This document shows, piece after piece, positions 11,233-21,371 of a stretch of DNA of 64,000 nt. Every line of letters begins with the position of its first letter. Position 1 is the first letter of the stretch. The stretch is taken from assembly GCA_026387355.1 (NCBI GenBank), contig JAPLLW010000007.1, forward strand, positions 170,198 to 234,197, in the 5' to 3' direction. Source of the DNA: Candidatus Omnitrophota bacterium (lineage in GTDB: Bacteria > Omnitrophota > Gorgyraeia > Gygaellales > Profunditerraquicolaceae). A model generated the notes under the pieces. That model did not search any database. It saw nothing but the letters and a program-made list of their open reading frames with translations, and was not told the origin of the DNA. The translations under genes and the position numbers were made by a program.

Positions 11233-11406
11233 ACTATATTACCCTTCTTTAGTGACCTTATTGTTAATAGAAAAACCTCTGTTTTTAATACTCGAAAGGG
11301 CTTAAGCAACCGATTACTGAATGTGTTTTCTTGCGTTTATAAAAATTCCAATAAGCACAAAAATGGTCTAACTTATTGAACCAACAAACCATTAAAGTTA
11401 ACCATT

Positions 11407-12165
11407 CTAGCGTTCTTCTACCTTCCCGTTATCCTCATCGTACATTCTTACATATTCTCTTTCAATCGTGATGTATTTATTATAGAGCTCTCTCTTATTC
11501 ATCCATTTTAACATTCCTAAACGATAAGCGGCAACGCTAGGTACAATTTGGTTACGATGCCCTTTTACTCTCGGGTCTGCCGAAACGCTAATCGGATACC
11601 CATGAATACCGCTCCATTTCGCGCCATAAAAAGTTATTCCATCAGTAGCTTTTTCTTTCCAAAAATAAACTAAATCTAGACTCTTCTTCTTACGAAAATC
11701 TAAACCCAAAACCGCACCCCAACAGCTCTTTAAAGAAAACGACTTTTTGCGAGTTAACCCAAGTGCTTCTAATGCGACATCGGAACAGTACTTCCCCACA
11801 TCACAATCCGCATTTATAATTAGATACCCGCGTTTCTCAATGATCCGGAATAATGGTTCGGGCGAAATTTTAAAATTTGCCGCAGAATCTACCCATAAAA
11901 CTAAATCGTACCCACGCTTATAAGCATCCAGAAAGCAAAATGGCTTCACCCAGTCGTTAACCTCTTTAAATACGGGTGCGCCCTCAGGATAATCATTATC
12001 CCAACCTATAAAATCGCCTTTAAAACCTAGTTCCTTTAATCTTTCTCGAATTCGTCTAATCCCCCGGGGGAAGTCTTGCCAAATCTTAGGAGGACAGCCT
12101 GGACGAGACTTACTATTTATGCCAAGGCTTATAACGCATTTCTTTAAGGCTTTTTTTAAAAACAT
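11407..12165 (-). CDS. Hypothetical protein, possible nucleotide-diphospho-sugar transferase
   Basis: KPFCF...YDLVLWVDS resembles GT-A transferase cores; located in the glycan cluster. Confidence 0.5.
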   Translation of the reverse strand: MFLKKALKKCVISLGINSKSRPGCPPKIWQDFPRGIRRIRERLKELGFKGDFIGWDNDYPEGAPVFKEVNDWVKPFCFLDAYKRGYDLVLWVDSAANFKISPEPLFRIIEKRGYLIINADCDVGKYCSDVALEALGLTRKKSFSLKSCWGAVLGLDFRKKKSLDLVYFWKEKATDGITFYGAKWSGIHGYPISVSADPRVKGHRNQIVPSVAAYRLGMLKWMNKRELYNKYITIEREYVRMYDEDNGKVEER

Positions 12166-12614
12166 GAATATCCTCGCTTAAATCCCAAAAATAATGTATC
12201 TCTCACAAAACAAAATCAACCTAGATATATCACAATTTGTTTAAAACCGGCCTACCTTAACTATGCAATCCTAATATAGATATTATCATGCCCACCAAAA
12301 AGAAATTTAAAGTAAAATACATGTAAATTTAATAACTTTTTTCGTATAATCTTGTTTAGGATTTTCAAGGCAAATGCAATATCTGGCTTCTTTCCCAAGG
12401 GATTAACCTGCCGTAAGAACTATTAAAATCAAAATTATACTGCTCCATATTAACAAAAAATAATCTAACTTAAAAACTTCTGACTAACGGAATCTTACGC
12501 TTTTACCCATAACTTCAAAAATTGTCTCTTAAATCACATTTCATGAAATCTTCAATCACCTTCTATTTATAGTTAATAAGCCAGGCTTTTTAGTTAAATA
12601 AAAGCTATTCTGTT

Positions 12615-13352
12615 TCAGTTTTTGTCATATTTCATTCTTGCGGCAGGTACAAGAAACGTGAATACTAAACTATGCAATGCTATCCATACACACACAATTG
12701 GAATAATTTTATCAACAATATAAAATAGAGGCGAAATAAAAAATATAAGAACAAGCATTTCGTTCATATCGACAGGGGGGAAGTACAAACCAATACTTTT
12801 TAACTTTGTTTTAAACTTATCTATAATACCTAAAAAGAAACTGTTATTACAAAACAAAAGAACATTGTTAGAATTTTTTTTCTCTCTATATAAAAAAATA
12901 ACCGGTACTAAATTAAGTAGAAAAATTGAAATAAAGATAAACATAAATATGAAAATACTACTTTGACCCATATCTCTATGCCATGAAAAAGACAAAGCAA
13001 ACCCAAGAATAATCATTAATGTTCTATCCAACGTCAGATCTAACCAGGCCCCAAAAAGAGTTAAACAATTTCTTACCCGAGCCAATTGCCCATCAATACA
13101 GTCTAATATGTATGAAACCAGATAAAATATCGCGCCTACAACATAATAAAGGTGGCCTCCCAGATAGAAAAATAAAGCTGCACACAAGCCTGTTCCAAAA
13201 GATAACCATGTCACTGTATTAGCTGATACATTTGTGTAGCAATAAAGAAGGTAACTTACTCTCGTGGCCAAAAGATTACCAACATATTTGCCCCAAATTG
13301 ATGTTGGTGTTTTCTGACACTTTTTTTTGAATTCCTCAAATTCCATCATCAT
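12615..13352 (-). CDS. CDP-alcohol phosphatidyltransferase family protein
   Basis: ANTVT and DCIDGQLAR...GAWLDLTLDR signature; hydrophobic. Confidence 0.9.
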   Translation of the reverse strand: MMMEFEEFKKKCQKTPTSIWGKYVGNLLATRVSYLLYCYTNVSANTVTWLSFGTGLCAALFFYLGGHLYYVVGAIFYLVSYILDCIDGQLARVRNCLTLFGAWLDLTLDRTLMIILGFALSFSWHRDMGQSSIFIFMFIFISIFLLNLVPVIFLYREKKNSNNVLLFCNNSFFLGIIDKFKTKLKSIGLYFPPVDMNEMLVLIFFISPLFYIVDKIIPIVCVWIALHSLVFTFLVPAARMKYDKN

Positions 13353-13495
13353 TTTTTATGTAACTCCATATATTAAGCTAAGTCTCTACGCATTCTAACT
13401 GCTATTGTATTAAAAACATGGCTTCCTAAATAACCCATATAGCCGGTTCAAACCTTAAAAACCATTCAACTAATAAGAAACATTACAAAAATGTC

Positions 13496-14377
13496 TTAAT
13501 AGTGCTTAAATAATACTTCCCAAAGTTTTGTTTCTTTTTTTACAGTAAATTTTTGCGCTTTAACAAGCCAATTTTCACCTATTAATAACTCTAGGCCCAA
13601 AAAGTAACATACCTTCCTTACAATTGAGGGAAAAACATACGTGTTGTATGGTGGATATTCAAAGAATTCTCCTAATCTCTTTTTTTTGACCTCTAGATAT
13701 TTAAAATTATTGAAAAGTTCTCTAACTTGTTTATTACTATAGATATCTGTCTTGGGTGAATTGCCATGTACTTCTGAAATTTCGTTATATACTTTTTTCC
13801 AATCAAAACTATTAGCCAACCACCGTCCGCGAAATAATCCTTGGAATAAACATCTTTTTATATAATGCTTCCACCCCCTAGCGTAAACCATTACTATGGC
13901 TTTGCCATCTTTTTTTAAAACACGGTAGATTTCATTTACGGCCTTTTTTGTATCAGGTGTATGATGCAGCACGCCAAAAGAATAAACTAGGTCAAAAGAT
14001 TCGTCATCAAATGGAAGGGACTCTGCGTTACCCTCTTGAATTGTTTCATATGGTAACCCTCTCAATTTAAAGTTTATTTTTGTTAACATAACTTGGTCTG
14101 GACCAAGGTCAACTCCACTGACATTAGCTCCGTATTTAGCATATTCGATTAAATCGGTACCGATTCCACATCCTACTTCTAACACCTTCTCGTTTCCATG
14201 ATAAGCGAATTCGGCCCCTTCTACTAGATATGTATAATAAAGTTTATAGCGCTTGTAAGATATTTCATTAAACCATTGAAGAGTATAAGGCTCTCTTTCA
14301 GAATACCATTGCTGAGGTACGTTTTTGCCCTTCCAGTAATCTTTAACCTCTTCTAGCTGCGTTTTTTCTTTATTCAT
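13496..14377 (-). CDS. Class I SAM-dependent methyltransferase
   Basis: VLEVGCGIG, LPFDDESFDLVYSFGVLHH. Confidence 0.9.
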   Translation of the reverse strand: MNKEKTQLEEVKDYWKGKNVPQQWYSEREPYTLQWFNEISYKRYKLYYTYLVEGAEFAYHGNEKVLEVGCGIGTDLIEYAKYGANVSGVDLGPDQVMLTKINFKLRGLPYETIQEGNAESLPFDDESFDLVYSFGVLHHTPDTKKAVNEIYRVLKKDGKAIVMVYARGWKHYIKRCLFQGLFRGRWLANSFDWKKVYNEISEVHGNSPKTDIYSNKQVRELFNNFKYLEVKKKRLGEFFEYPPYNTYVFPSIVRKVCYFLGLELLIGENWLVKAQKFTVKKETKLWEVLFKHY

Positions 14378-14446
14378 TTTTATGGCCTTCCTCCTCGCAT
14401 AACCCCAAAAATAATAAACTTTAATAAACTTCCAACTGGACTTTAA

Positions 14447-16357
14447 TTAGAAATATCTTCTCATCCATATCTCTAGGTTCATAAGCATCCAGATTTTTTT
14501 ACCATCGTAATCATATTTGGACGTATAGTTATCCTTGTAAAGAAATTTCTTAAGATTATCTTTATTAATAAAATCACCGGTTTTGGAGTCAGGATCAATT
14601 AACAATTCGATAGCTGCTACCTTAAATTCTTTATTAAACCAGCTATTTAACGGAACAGGAAAGCCCATTTTTTTTCGCCTAATAATCTCTTTAGGAATTT
14701 TTCCTTCTGCCAATCGCTTCAAGATATATTTTGGCGTATCATATTTTTCACTTATCTGCTCGCTATCCGAGAATAATGCTTTAATAAAAGGTAACACCCC
14801 ATTCCATCTTAACTTATACTGTAACGGCATTCTCGATACCATCTCAACCAACTCAAAGTCCAGAAAAGGAACCCTGGCCTCCACTGAAGCTGCCATAGTC
14901 ATCCTGTCCAAACGGTTAAGGAGATTCACTAGATGAATTTTACCTAGGATATAATACATCGCGCGATAGTAATTATTATTTCCGGTTTTGTTAAATAACT
15001 CTTTTATATATGAAATAGAGTACTCATCGAAATAGCGATTTTCAAAAAAATCTAAGTTTAGTAAATTATTCTTATCGTCCTCTGTGAACCATGAATAGCG
15101 CCATAAAAAATGCTCCATAGGAGAAAAGAATTGTTTGGAAGCTTGCGCTTTGAAGATAGGGCTTAGCATACAAGATAACCCCGGAACTGAATTTATTTTT
15201 CTTTGCTTATAATAATCAAACGGGCTCCGAAATATACGTCCATATCCTGCGAATAATTCATCAGCCCCTTCACCCGAAAGAACCACCGTTATATTCTTTT
15301 TCATTAAGCGTGACATCTTCAAAAAAGCCAGCTCATGTGGCACAGAAAGAGGTTCTCCACGGTAAGAAATGGCATCCTCCATACCTGCCTTATACTCTTG
15401 CTCATCTAACAATAACTTAATAGGATTAATACCTAAAGACGAAGTCATTAATTCGGCGTATGAAAACTCGTTATAATCTTCATCTCTAAAACCCGTGATA
15501 TATGTTTTAATATCTTCCTTTTTCTTCGCTAAATAATATAAAAGCATGCTTGAGTCTAATCCTCCACTAATAAATGCGCCCAAAGGAACGTCGCTCATCA
15601 GCTGTCTTTCAATAACCGAAGATAGCTTCTTATCTAATTTATCAAGATAATAACTTTCTCCCCGGTCTTTCTCTTCATCAACCGGAATATCCCAATAACA
15701 TTCTCGACTCTCCCCTTCAACAGAAAATACGTTACTCTGCCCAGGCAGAACATCCTTGATATGCTTATAAAAGGTCTGCTCACCTATTACACAACGAAAT
15801 GAAAGATAACTCAAAATAGCATTTGGATTTTGTTCCAACTTTACCCTGCTTTGCTTATGGAATGCATTATAGTCAGAACCGAAATATATCCTATCTTTAA
15901 CTACCATATAATGCATAGGCTTAACGCCCAAATGATCCCTGACTAAAAACAACTTCTTTTTTCTCTCATCCCAAAGAGCAATTGAAAATATCCCGTTTAA
16001 TTTACCCCATAGCGCACTTCCAAATTCTTCATAGCCGTGAAGTATAACTTCGGAATCAGTCTTAGTTTTAAAGACATGCTTTTTTGCCAAAAGAAATGAG
16101 CGTAGTTCCAAATAATTGTATATTTCACCGTTGCATACCATAATAACATTATCATTTTCATTAACATAGGGTTGGCTAGGAGCGGATAAATCAATTATAC
16201 TCAAACGATCAAAAGCCAAACATAAGTGTGGTCGTGCTAAAAAAGAGGAGTCATCTGGCCCGCGATAGTTAATTGCAAGCGCACCCTCACAAACTTCTTT
16301 ATAATCAATCTGGGTAATGTTACCCGAAAAATCCACAAAACCAAAAAATCCACACAT
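14447..16357 (-). CDS. asnB: Asparagine synthase (glutamine-hydrolysing)-type amidotransferase
   Basis: MCG N-terminus (start at second ATG, TGATG overlap with upstream stop), RGPD, SGGLDSS, SGEGADELF, EARVPFLD. Confidence 0.9.
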   Translation of the reverse strand: MCGFFGFVDFSGNITQIDYKEVCEGALAINYRGPDDSSFLARPHLCLAFDRLSIIDLSAPSQPYVNENDNVIMVCNGEIYNYLELRSFLLAKKHVFKTKTDSEVILHGYEEFGSALWGKLNGIFSIALWDERKKKLFLVRDHLGVKPMHYMVVKDRIYFGSDYNAFHKQSRVKLEQNPNAILSYLSFRCVIGEQTFYKHIKDVLPGQSNVFSVEGESRECYWDIPVDEEKDRGESYYLDKLDKKLSSVIERQLMSDVPLGAFISGGLDSSMLLYYLAKKKEDIKTYITGFRDEDYNEFSYAELMTSSLGINPIKLLLDEQEYKAGMEDAISYRGEPLSVPHELAFLKMSRLMKKNITVVLSGEGADELFAGYGRIFRSPFDYYKQRKINSVPGLSCMLSPIFKAQASKQFFSPMEHFLWRYSWFTEDDKNNLLNLDFFENRYFDEYSISYIKELFNKTGNNNYYRAMYYILGKIHLVNLLNRLDRMTMAASVEARVPFLDFELVEMVSRMPLQYKLRWNGVLPFIKALFSDSEQISEKYDTPKYILKRLAEGKIPKEIIRRKKMGFPVPLNSWFNKEFKVAAIELLIDPDSKTGDFINKDNLKKFLYKDNYTSKYDYDGKKIWMLMNLEIWMRRYF

Positions 16358-17109
16358 CATTCACGCTCAATTCGCTGTAAGATCTTATTTGCCATTTTTA
16401 AATCAACTAGGTTGTCAACATCAACCCAGCTATGGGCATAGTTATACTTGGCTTTAATTCTGACTCTCTTCCCAAGAATGTTGATTGCTTCGGAAACCCA
16501 GTTTTTCTTTACTCCTTTTTTAACAAGCTTATCGATTATACCAAATAATCTATTAGCACCTATTGCATTAAACTTATATATACCAATCGCTGTGCCATCC
16601 GATTCACTCATAGTAATGGATTTGCTCATATATTCGATTTCCCCGCGATGGCAAATCACTTTCATTGCATCATCCCAATCCTTCGGAAAGTTTTTGTCTA
16701 CAATCGCGCAATTGCCGTGCTGAAACAACAAGAAATCTTCCAGCATCTTTGGGCTAAATATAAGATCACCATGAAGATAAACAAACTTGCAATTTAATAG
16801 CCTTCTCGCAAGCCACAGTGAAAATAACGTATTTGTTTCTCTGTATAGCTTATTTTCAATAAAAGTAATTTTTGCCACTTTCTTGCTACATATGCTTAGT
16901 ATTAAAGATTTAAGCTGCTTTCTTTTGTACCCCACAATGAAGATAATATCCCTTATCCCTGCCGCGATAAGCACATCCACCATCATCTCAAAGATATATT
17001 TCCCGTCAATTTTAATCATTGACTTAGGAATATCCATAACTTCCCGTATTCGAGAACCTATGCCGGCAGCCAAGATCACTGCTTTATAGTTTTCATTTTT
17101 GTTCTTCAA
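16357..17109 (-). CDS. Phosphocholine cytidylyltransferase-family (LicC-like) NTP transferase
   Basis: ILAAGIGSR..PK, TNTLFSL, HGD, WVDVDNLVDL. Confidence 0.85.
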   Translation of the reverse strand: MKNKNENYKAVILAAGIGSRIREVMDIPKSMIKIDGKYIFEMMVDVLIAAGIRDIIFIVGYKRKQLKSLILSICSKKVAKITFIENKLYRETNTLFSLWLARRLLNCKFVYLHGDLIFSPKMLEDFLLFQHGNCAIVDKNFPKDWDDAMKVICHRGEIEYMSKSITMSESDGTAIGIYKFNAIGANRLFGIIDKLVKKGVKKNWVSEAINILGKRVRIKAKYNYAHSWVDVDNLVDLKMANKILQRIERE

Positions 17110-17728
17110 TTTTCACCCTTTTTCTTTCTTTATAATAAAAAGGCAGATTTTTCATAGATATTCTTGTTTTGTTATTCGTAGTTATATAGTCATCAATTCC
17201 GCAATACAAAAGTGGTGCTACTTTAGCGGTATTTATTAAACCGGCATTATCAAATACCCCCGCATCAAAATCAATAAGCGCCACCTTTCCGATAAAAAAC
17301 GTATGATCTCCAAACATGTATTTCCCAGTTTTAATGCATTCGAACGTACAATACGACAAGTTCAGAATCGGAGAGTCGACCTTTTGAGCGTTTGAATATT
17401 TTATACGAAACTTCTTTACCTTATCAATTTCCGCACCGGTACTTCTACCCAATGAACGCACAAGATGTACATGACTATAACTTACAAAATTAACAGTAAA
17501 AGACTTAGACCGGCTTATCATTTTATGAGAGTGCCTGTCGTTCCCGATAGCAACACCATATATAAATGGCGCGTAGGATAAAGCCGTACTCCATGCTACT
17601 GGCATAAAATTAACTTTCCCTTTATGTTTTAGCCCAATTACAACCAGGAGTTGTGGATAATAAAAAAAATATTTCGACCACAATTTTGGGGTAATTACTA
17701 TCCTGCTACTCCTTCTATACAAAGTCAT
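17093..17728 (-). CDS. Flavin reductase-like protein
   Basis: YPQ..NFMPVAW, FTVNF, GRSTG..DK, GDHTFFIG. Confidence 0.85.
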   Translation of the reverse strand: MTLYRRSSRIVITPKLWSKYFFYYPQLLVVIGLKHKGKVNFMPVAWSTALSYAPFIYGVAIGNDRHSHKMISRSKSFTVNFVSYSHVHLVRSLGRSTGAEIDKVKKFRIKYSNAQKVDSPILNLSYCTFECIKTGKYMFGDHTFFIGKVALIDFDAGVFDNAGLINTAKVAPLLYCGIDDYITTNNKTRISMKNLPFYYKERKRVKIEEQK

Positions 17729-17938
17729 TTTTGATTTTCCATGTTTATCTTATTATAATCTTCAATCATTGTCATCTCCACTCAAATCTTTATTATTGGC
17801 GTTTTACCAACTAACTTTAAAACTTTAGAAATTAGCTTATTTAGCTTTGTTACTTTTTTTAAAACTCACTAGGATGTACTATTTAAATTTGGTTTAATAT
17901 TTTTAAATACCCAAAGGCTTTTATATCATTCGAACTTA

Positions 17939-18859
17939 CTAATTATACCATTTTCTGATAAATCTATTTAATCCCACCAATAACCTGTTTCTCAATGAAA
18001 AGGTACCTGAATATCTTATTAACTCAGTATATTTATCAGCTTTATAGTTTTGAATAACAGACGGCGGATGAGAAAGAGGAAATACCATCGGCTGAATTTT
18101 CACATTAGCAAACCTACTACTTGAATCCTTCGTATGCGTTGCATCTTCAGTAAAACCTATATTCGAAACCAAATTAACATTAGGTAAAATTGCTAAACTA
18201 TTCTGTAGCCAACAAGCAAATGTCCACTGAGCGTCCCAGCCGTCAATTTTATTTTGATAAACTTGGTCAAAAACGTTAATCCAGTATTTCTCCGCTTTTG
18301 CATCTTTTAATATTTCCGATAACCACTTTCTATTCTTCATTTCTGGCCATAGAGACATATTCACGTCAAAGAATTGCCATGCTCGTCTCCAAGTTGCCCA
18401 TCCCCAGGTATGTCTGTAACGCGAAAAGTAGTAGCTATATTTTATCCTTAACCTACCAAACTGATGATTACAGCCACTGATTGACATAATGCGTTTATCC
18501 TGCCTGTAAAACTCCAACAGTTCTTCACAAAAACGAAAAAAAGTCTGCTGACAAAAACAATCGTCCTCTAAAATTATACCCTCTTCCACATTATCGAAAA
18601 ACCAGTTAATAGCATGGCTCGGGCCAAGTTTGCATCCTAAATGATCATTACTGATTAATGTTGATATTTCGCAATCCCAATCCACCTGGTTAATTACATC
18701 TCGGGCATCGTTACACTTTCTATAATCATCGGCCTTAACCTCATTTGGACCATCAGCAGCAATAAATAATTTTTCGGGCCTTGCCTTACGTATCGCATCA
18801 AAAACAAATCGAGTAAGTTGCGGACGATTATAAATTAAAAATAAAACAGGAATTTTCAT
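17939..18859 (-). CDS. GT-A type glycosyltransferase (HlpA-like family)
   Basis: PVLFLIYNRP, IAADGP, IILEDD, WGWATWRRAW, NLVSNIGF. Confidence 0.8.
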   Translation of the reverse strand: MKIPVLFLIYNRPQLTRFVFDAIRKARPEKLFIAADGPNEVKADDYRKCNDARDVINQVDWDCEISTLISNDHLGCKLGPSHAINWFFDNVEEGIILEDDCFCQQTFFRFCEELLEFYRQDKRIMSISGCNHQFGRLRIKYSYYFSRYRHTWGWATWRRAWQFFDVNMSLWPEMKNRKWLSEILKDAKAEKYWINVFDQVYQNKIDGWDAQWTFACWLQNSLAILPNVNLVSNIGFTEDATHTKDSSSRFANVKIQPMVFPLSHPPSVIQNYKADKYTELIRYSGTFSLRNRLLVGLNRFIRKWYN

Positions 18860-18920
18860 ATTATAACAACCCCTATAGCACTGATTTAATCGTAAATAGT
18901 ATTTTTCTAATTATACTTGA

Positions 18921-19865
18921 CTAAAACAACCTCTTGAAAAAGATAAGTATCTTCACGATATTAGTTAGTATGTTCTCTTTTACATAACGCTGCCACAAAG
19001 TTCTATGCGGCCTAAAGGTATCAAGAACAATAACTAACAATAATCCCGGTATTTTAATAAACAAGAAAAATAATGACCGCACTAAGCTCAATGAAGATCT
19101 CAACCTGGAATTCTTAGAAGGATTCCATAATCTAGTGCTTATTTCTTTAGTGTAAGCTGACTTAAACTGCCAGGAGATAGTCATCTTTTCCGGCCTTACG
19201 CTATGCAAAACCGCAGCATCCGGCAAATACTGAACTTTCAAATCAGGCATGACTTCCCGGGCGCGTTGTAATAATTCAGAATCATCTCCCCACCTAAGCC
19301 TATAGGCAGTCATAGCTAAATCTTCACGGAAACCACCTAAGAACTTAATTAAATATCGGCGAACAATAAAATTCATCCCGCCTAAGTATTCCCCGGCAGA
19401 GAGAACCCTCGGCTTATCGCCATACATGTATACGGAACCATAGCTCTCCCTGAACCAATATGGTCTTTCTGTTTTAAATAACGCCAGACTTGGCCCACCG
19501 CAGAAATCCGGGTTATATTCTCTGCATCCGTTTATTACTGCACTTAACCATGAGGTTGTTAATTCCACATCGTCATCAAGATAGGCGAGGTATTCTCCAC
19601 GCGCAACCTCAGCGCCTAGATTACGCGCACGGCTTAAGTTAGGGATTGGCAGAAAGAAATACCTTAATGGTAATTTTGCGGCGTACTCCTTTAAAATAAC
19701 AGCTACTCCGGGAAATGCAACGTTGTCATTCTCCACAACAACTACTTCCCATCCTTCTTTACAATTCCAATCCTGTTGAGTTAAGCTCTTAAGCGCCTGA
19801 CTAAGGTATCCTGGCCTGCGAAAAGTACAGATAACTACACTAAGAAAGATTCCGTTTGTTTCCAT
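18921..19865 (-). CDS. Glycosyltransferase family 2
   Basis: SVVICTFRR, LSRARN, YLDDD, GGF..GDDSEL. Confidence 0.9.
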   Translation of the reverse strand: METNGIFLSVVICTFRRPGYLSQALKSLTQQDWNCKEGWEVVVVENDNVAFPGVAVILKEYAAKLPLRYFFLPIPNLSRARNLGAEVARGEYLAYLDDDVELTTSWLSAVINGCREYNPDFCGGPSLALFKTERPYWFRESYGSVYMYGDKPRVLSAGEYLGGMNFIVRRYLIKFLGGFREDLAMTAYRLRWGDDSELLQRAREVMPDLKVQYLPDAAVLHSVRPEKMTISWQFKSAYTKEISTRLWNPSKNSRLRSSLSLVRSLFFLFIKIPGLLLVIVLDTFRPHRTLWQRYVKENILTNIVKILIFFKRLF

Positions 19866-19998
19866 TAATTTATATTACTCCTAACAATAAATGAGTGACA
19901 ATATATCTATCCATTTAAAATAACGAAAAACAGCTATTGAACCCTTCTTTAACAAATCTTCGCTTAATCAACTAACCAAATACATAAAACACTAATTT

Positions 19999-21333
19999 TT
20001 AACCTTCCGCCCAATAGTAGATAGCTACAGCCAACGTTACCCATGGCAAAACAAACCCACCCGTACCATTTGTCATATTTAAGAAAATCGTAATAACTCC
20101 GAAAAATAAACCTAGGTTACGTCTATGAAATTCCAATAAGGTATCCGGTACTTCAAGTTTCTTAGTTTCACCTTGACGTATTTTTTTAGATTTAAAAACT
20201 GGAATAATGCCCAAAATAAGAAGTAGCGTTACGCAGATGCCTGCAGGAATACCATAAATCGCAGCAATATACAACATTAGCTGATGCGGCAAAGATCCTG
20301 GATAAGCCTGCACAGTTAGCTCATAATCGCCATACCCTAATATCGGCCTGACAAATATATCCTGATTAAACTTTTCAATAGCTACGACTCTACTTTCTAT
20401 ACTTTTATCACCAGTAGCTATTTCACTAAAACGGTCAATAATTGGCCCGAGGGGCTCGTAGGAAATTTTTGACAATATGCTTGAAGTTATAATTAGATAA
20501 ATTACGACAAGTGTAATTAATGATATTCCGATCTTTATCCACGCCTTTAAACGGAAAAAAATCGCAAAATAACCAAAGATAATCCCCATTAAAACGCCGC
20601 GTGTTGCAGAAATAAGTTGCAGCCAGATACAAATAACAAGGAATATAGCGCCAGCAATTCGCCAAGCTATTTGTTTGCCAACTTTAATAATATATATACA
20701 TAAAGCTAATCCTATTGCACTATAAAAACTCAATATAATAGTATTGTAAAATTGAGCAGATACTCTAGATCCATAAAGCATGTAACTATCCTGGCCAAAA
20801 AAATAATCCGATTTAAAACTTGCAGTATAATTTACCCCTTGCAAGACACTTAAAAAACTGTCTGGAATAATAATAATCAAAGCTCCTAGAGTGATTTGTA
20901 AAAATAAATAGAAGACAAACAATCGACGAGCAAAATTTTCTCTATAATAAGCAAGTGCTATTATCATTGCGTAAGGACCAAAAAACTGTATAGTGTTAAG
21001 TAAAATTAAGTATGAAGAAAAATTGAAATAGATGGAAGATATATAAATCCACATCATATAAAATACTGCAATTAAACCGGCAATAAATAACCTATGATTC
21101 ATCTTAGATAAATTCCGTTCTTTCCATAATCGAGAAAATGAAGTCAGGGCGCTAACGATAAAAAAAGAAGCGGCTATCCTATACGTTAAAGAAAAATTAA
21201 GCGCTCCTGCAATTCCAGTTGATTCTACGGGATCAACAAGCAAATACAAAAATAAGAACAACGGAGGGTAGATTTTCTGGCGAAACACCGACAATAAAAT
21301 AACTAGCCCTAAGACTAAATAATCTCCAGACAT
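19999..21333 (-). CDS. O-antigen ligase / Wzy-like polymerase membrane protein
   Basis: Many hydrophobic helices, SATRG, S..SR..PILGYG..PH motif pattern. Confidence 0.7.
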   Translation of the reverse strand: MSGDYLVLGLVILLSVFRQKIYPPLFLFLYLLVDPVESTGIAGALNFSLTYRIAASFFIVSALTSFSRLWKERNLSKMNHRLFIAGLIAVFYMMWIYISSIYFNFSSYLILLNTIQFFGPYAMIIALAYYRENFARRLFVFYLFLQITLGALIIIIPDSFLSVLQGVNYTASFKSDYFFGQDSYMLYGSRVSAQFYNTIILSFYSAIGLALCIYIIKVGKQIAWRIAGAIFLVICIWLQLISATRGVLMGIIFGYFAIFFRLKAWIKIGISLITLVVIYLIITSSILSKISYEPLGPIIDRFSEIATGDKSIESRVVAIEKFNQDIFVRPILGYGDYELTVQAYPGSLPHQLMLYIAAIYGIPAGICVTLLLILGIIPVFKSKKIRQGETKKLEVPDTLLEFHRRNLGLFFGVITIFLNMTNGTGGFVLPWVTLAVAIYYWAEG

Positions 21334-21371
21334 ACTAACCTTTCTTAAAACCTAGCTCAGATAAAAACATA

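Noticed and set aside
12615-17728. Phosphonate or O-methyl phosphoramidate biosynthesis cluster
   Set aside because: The hallmark enzymes (PEP mutase and decarboxylase, or glutamine kinase) are not present in the window.
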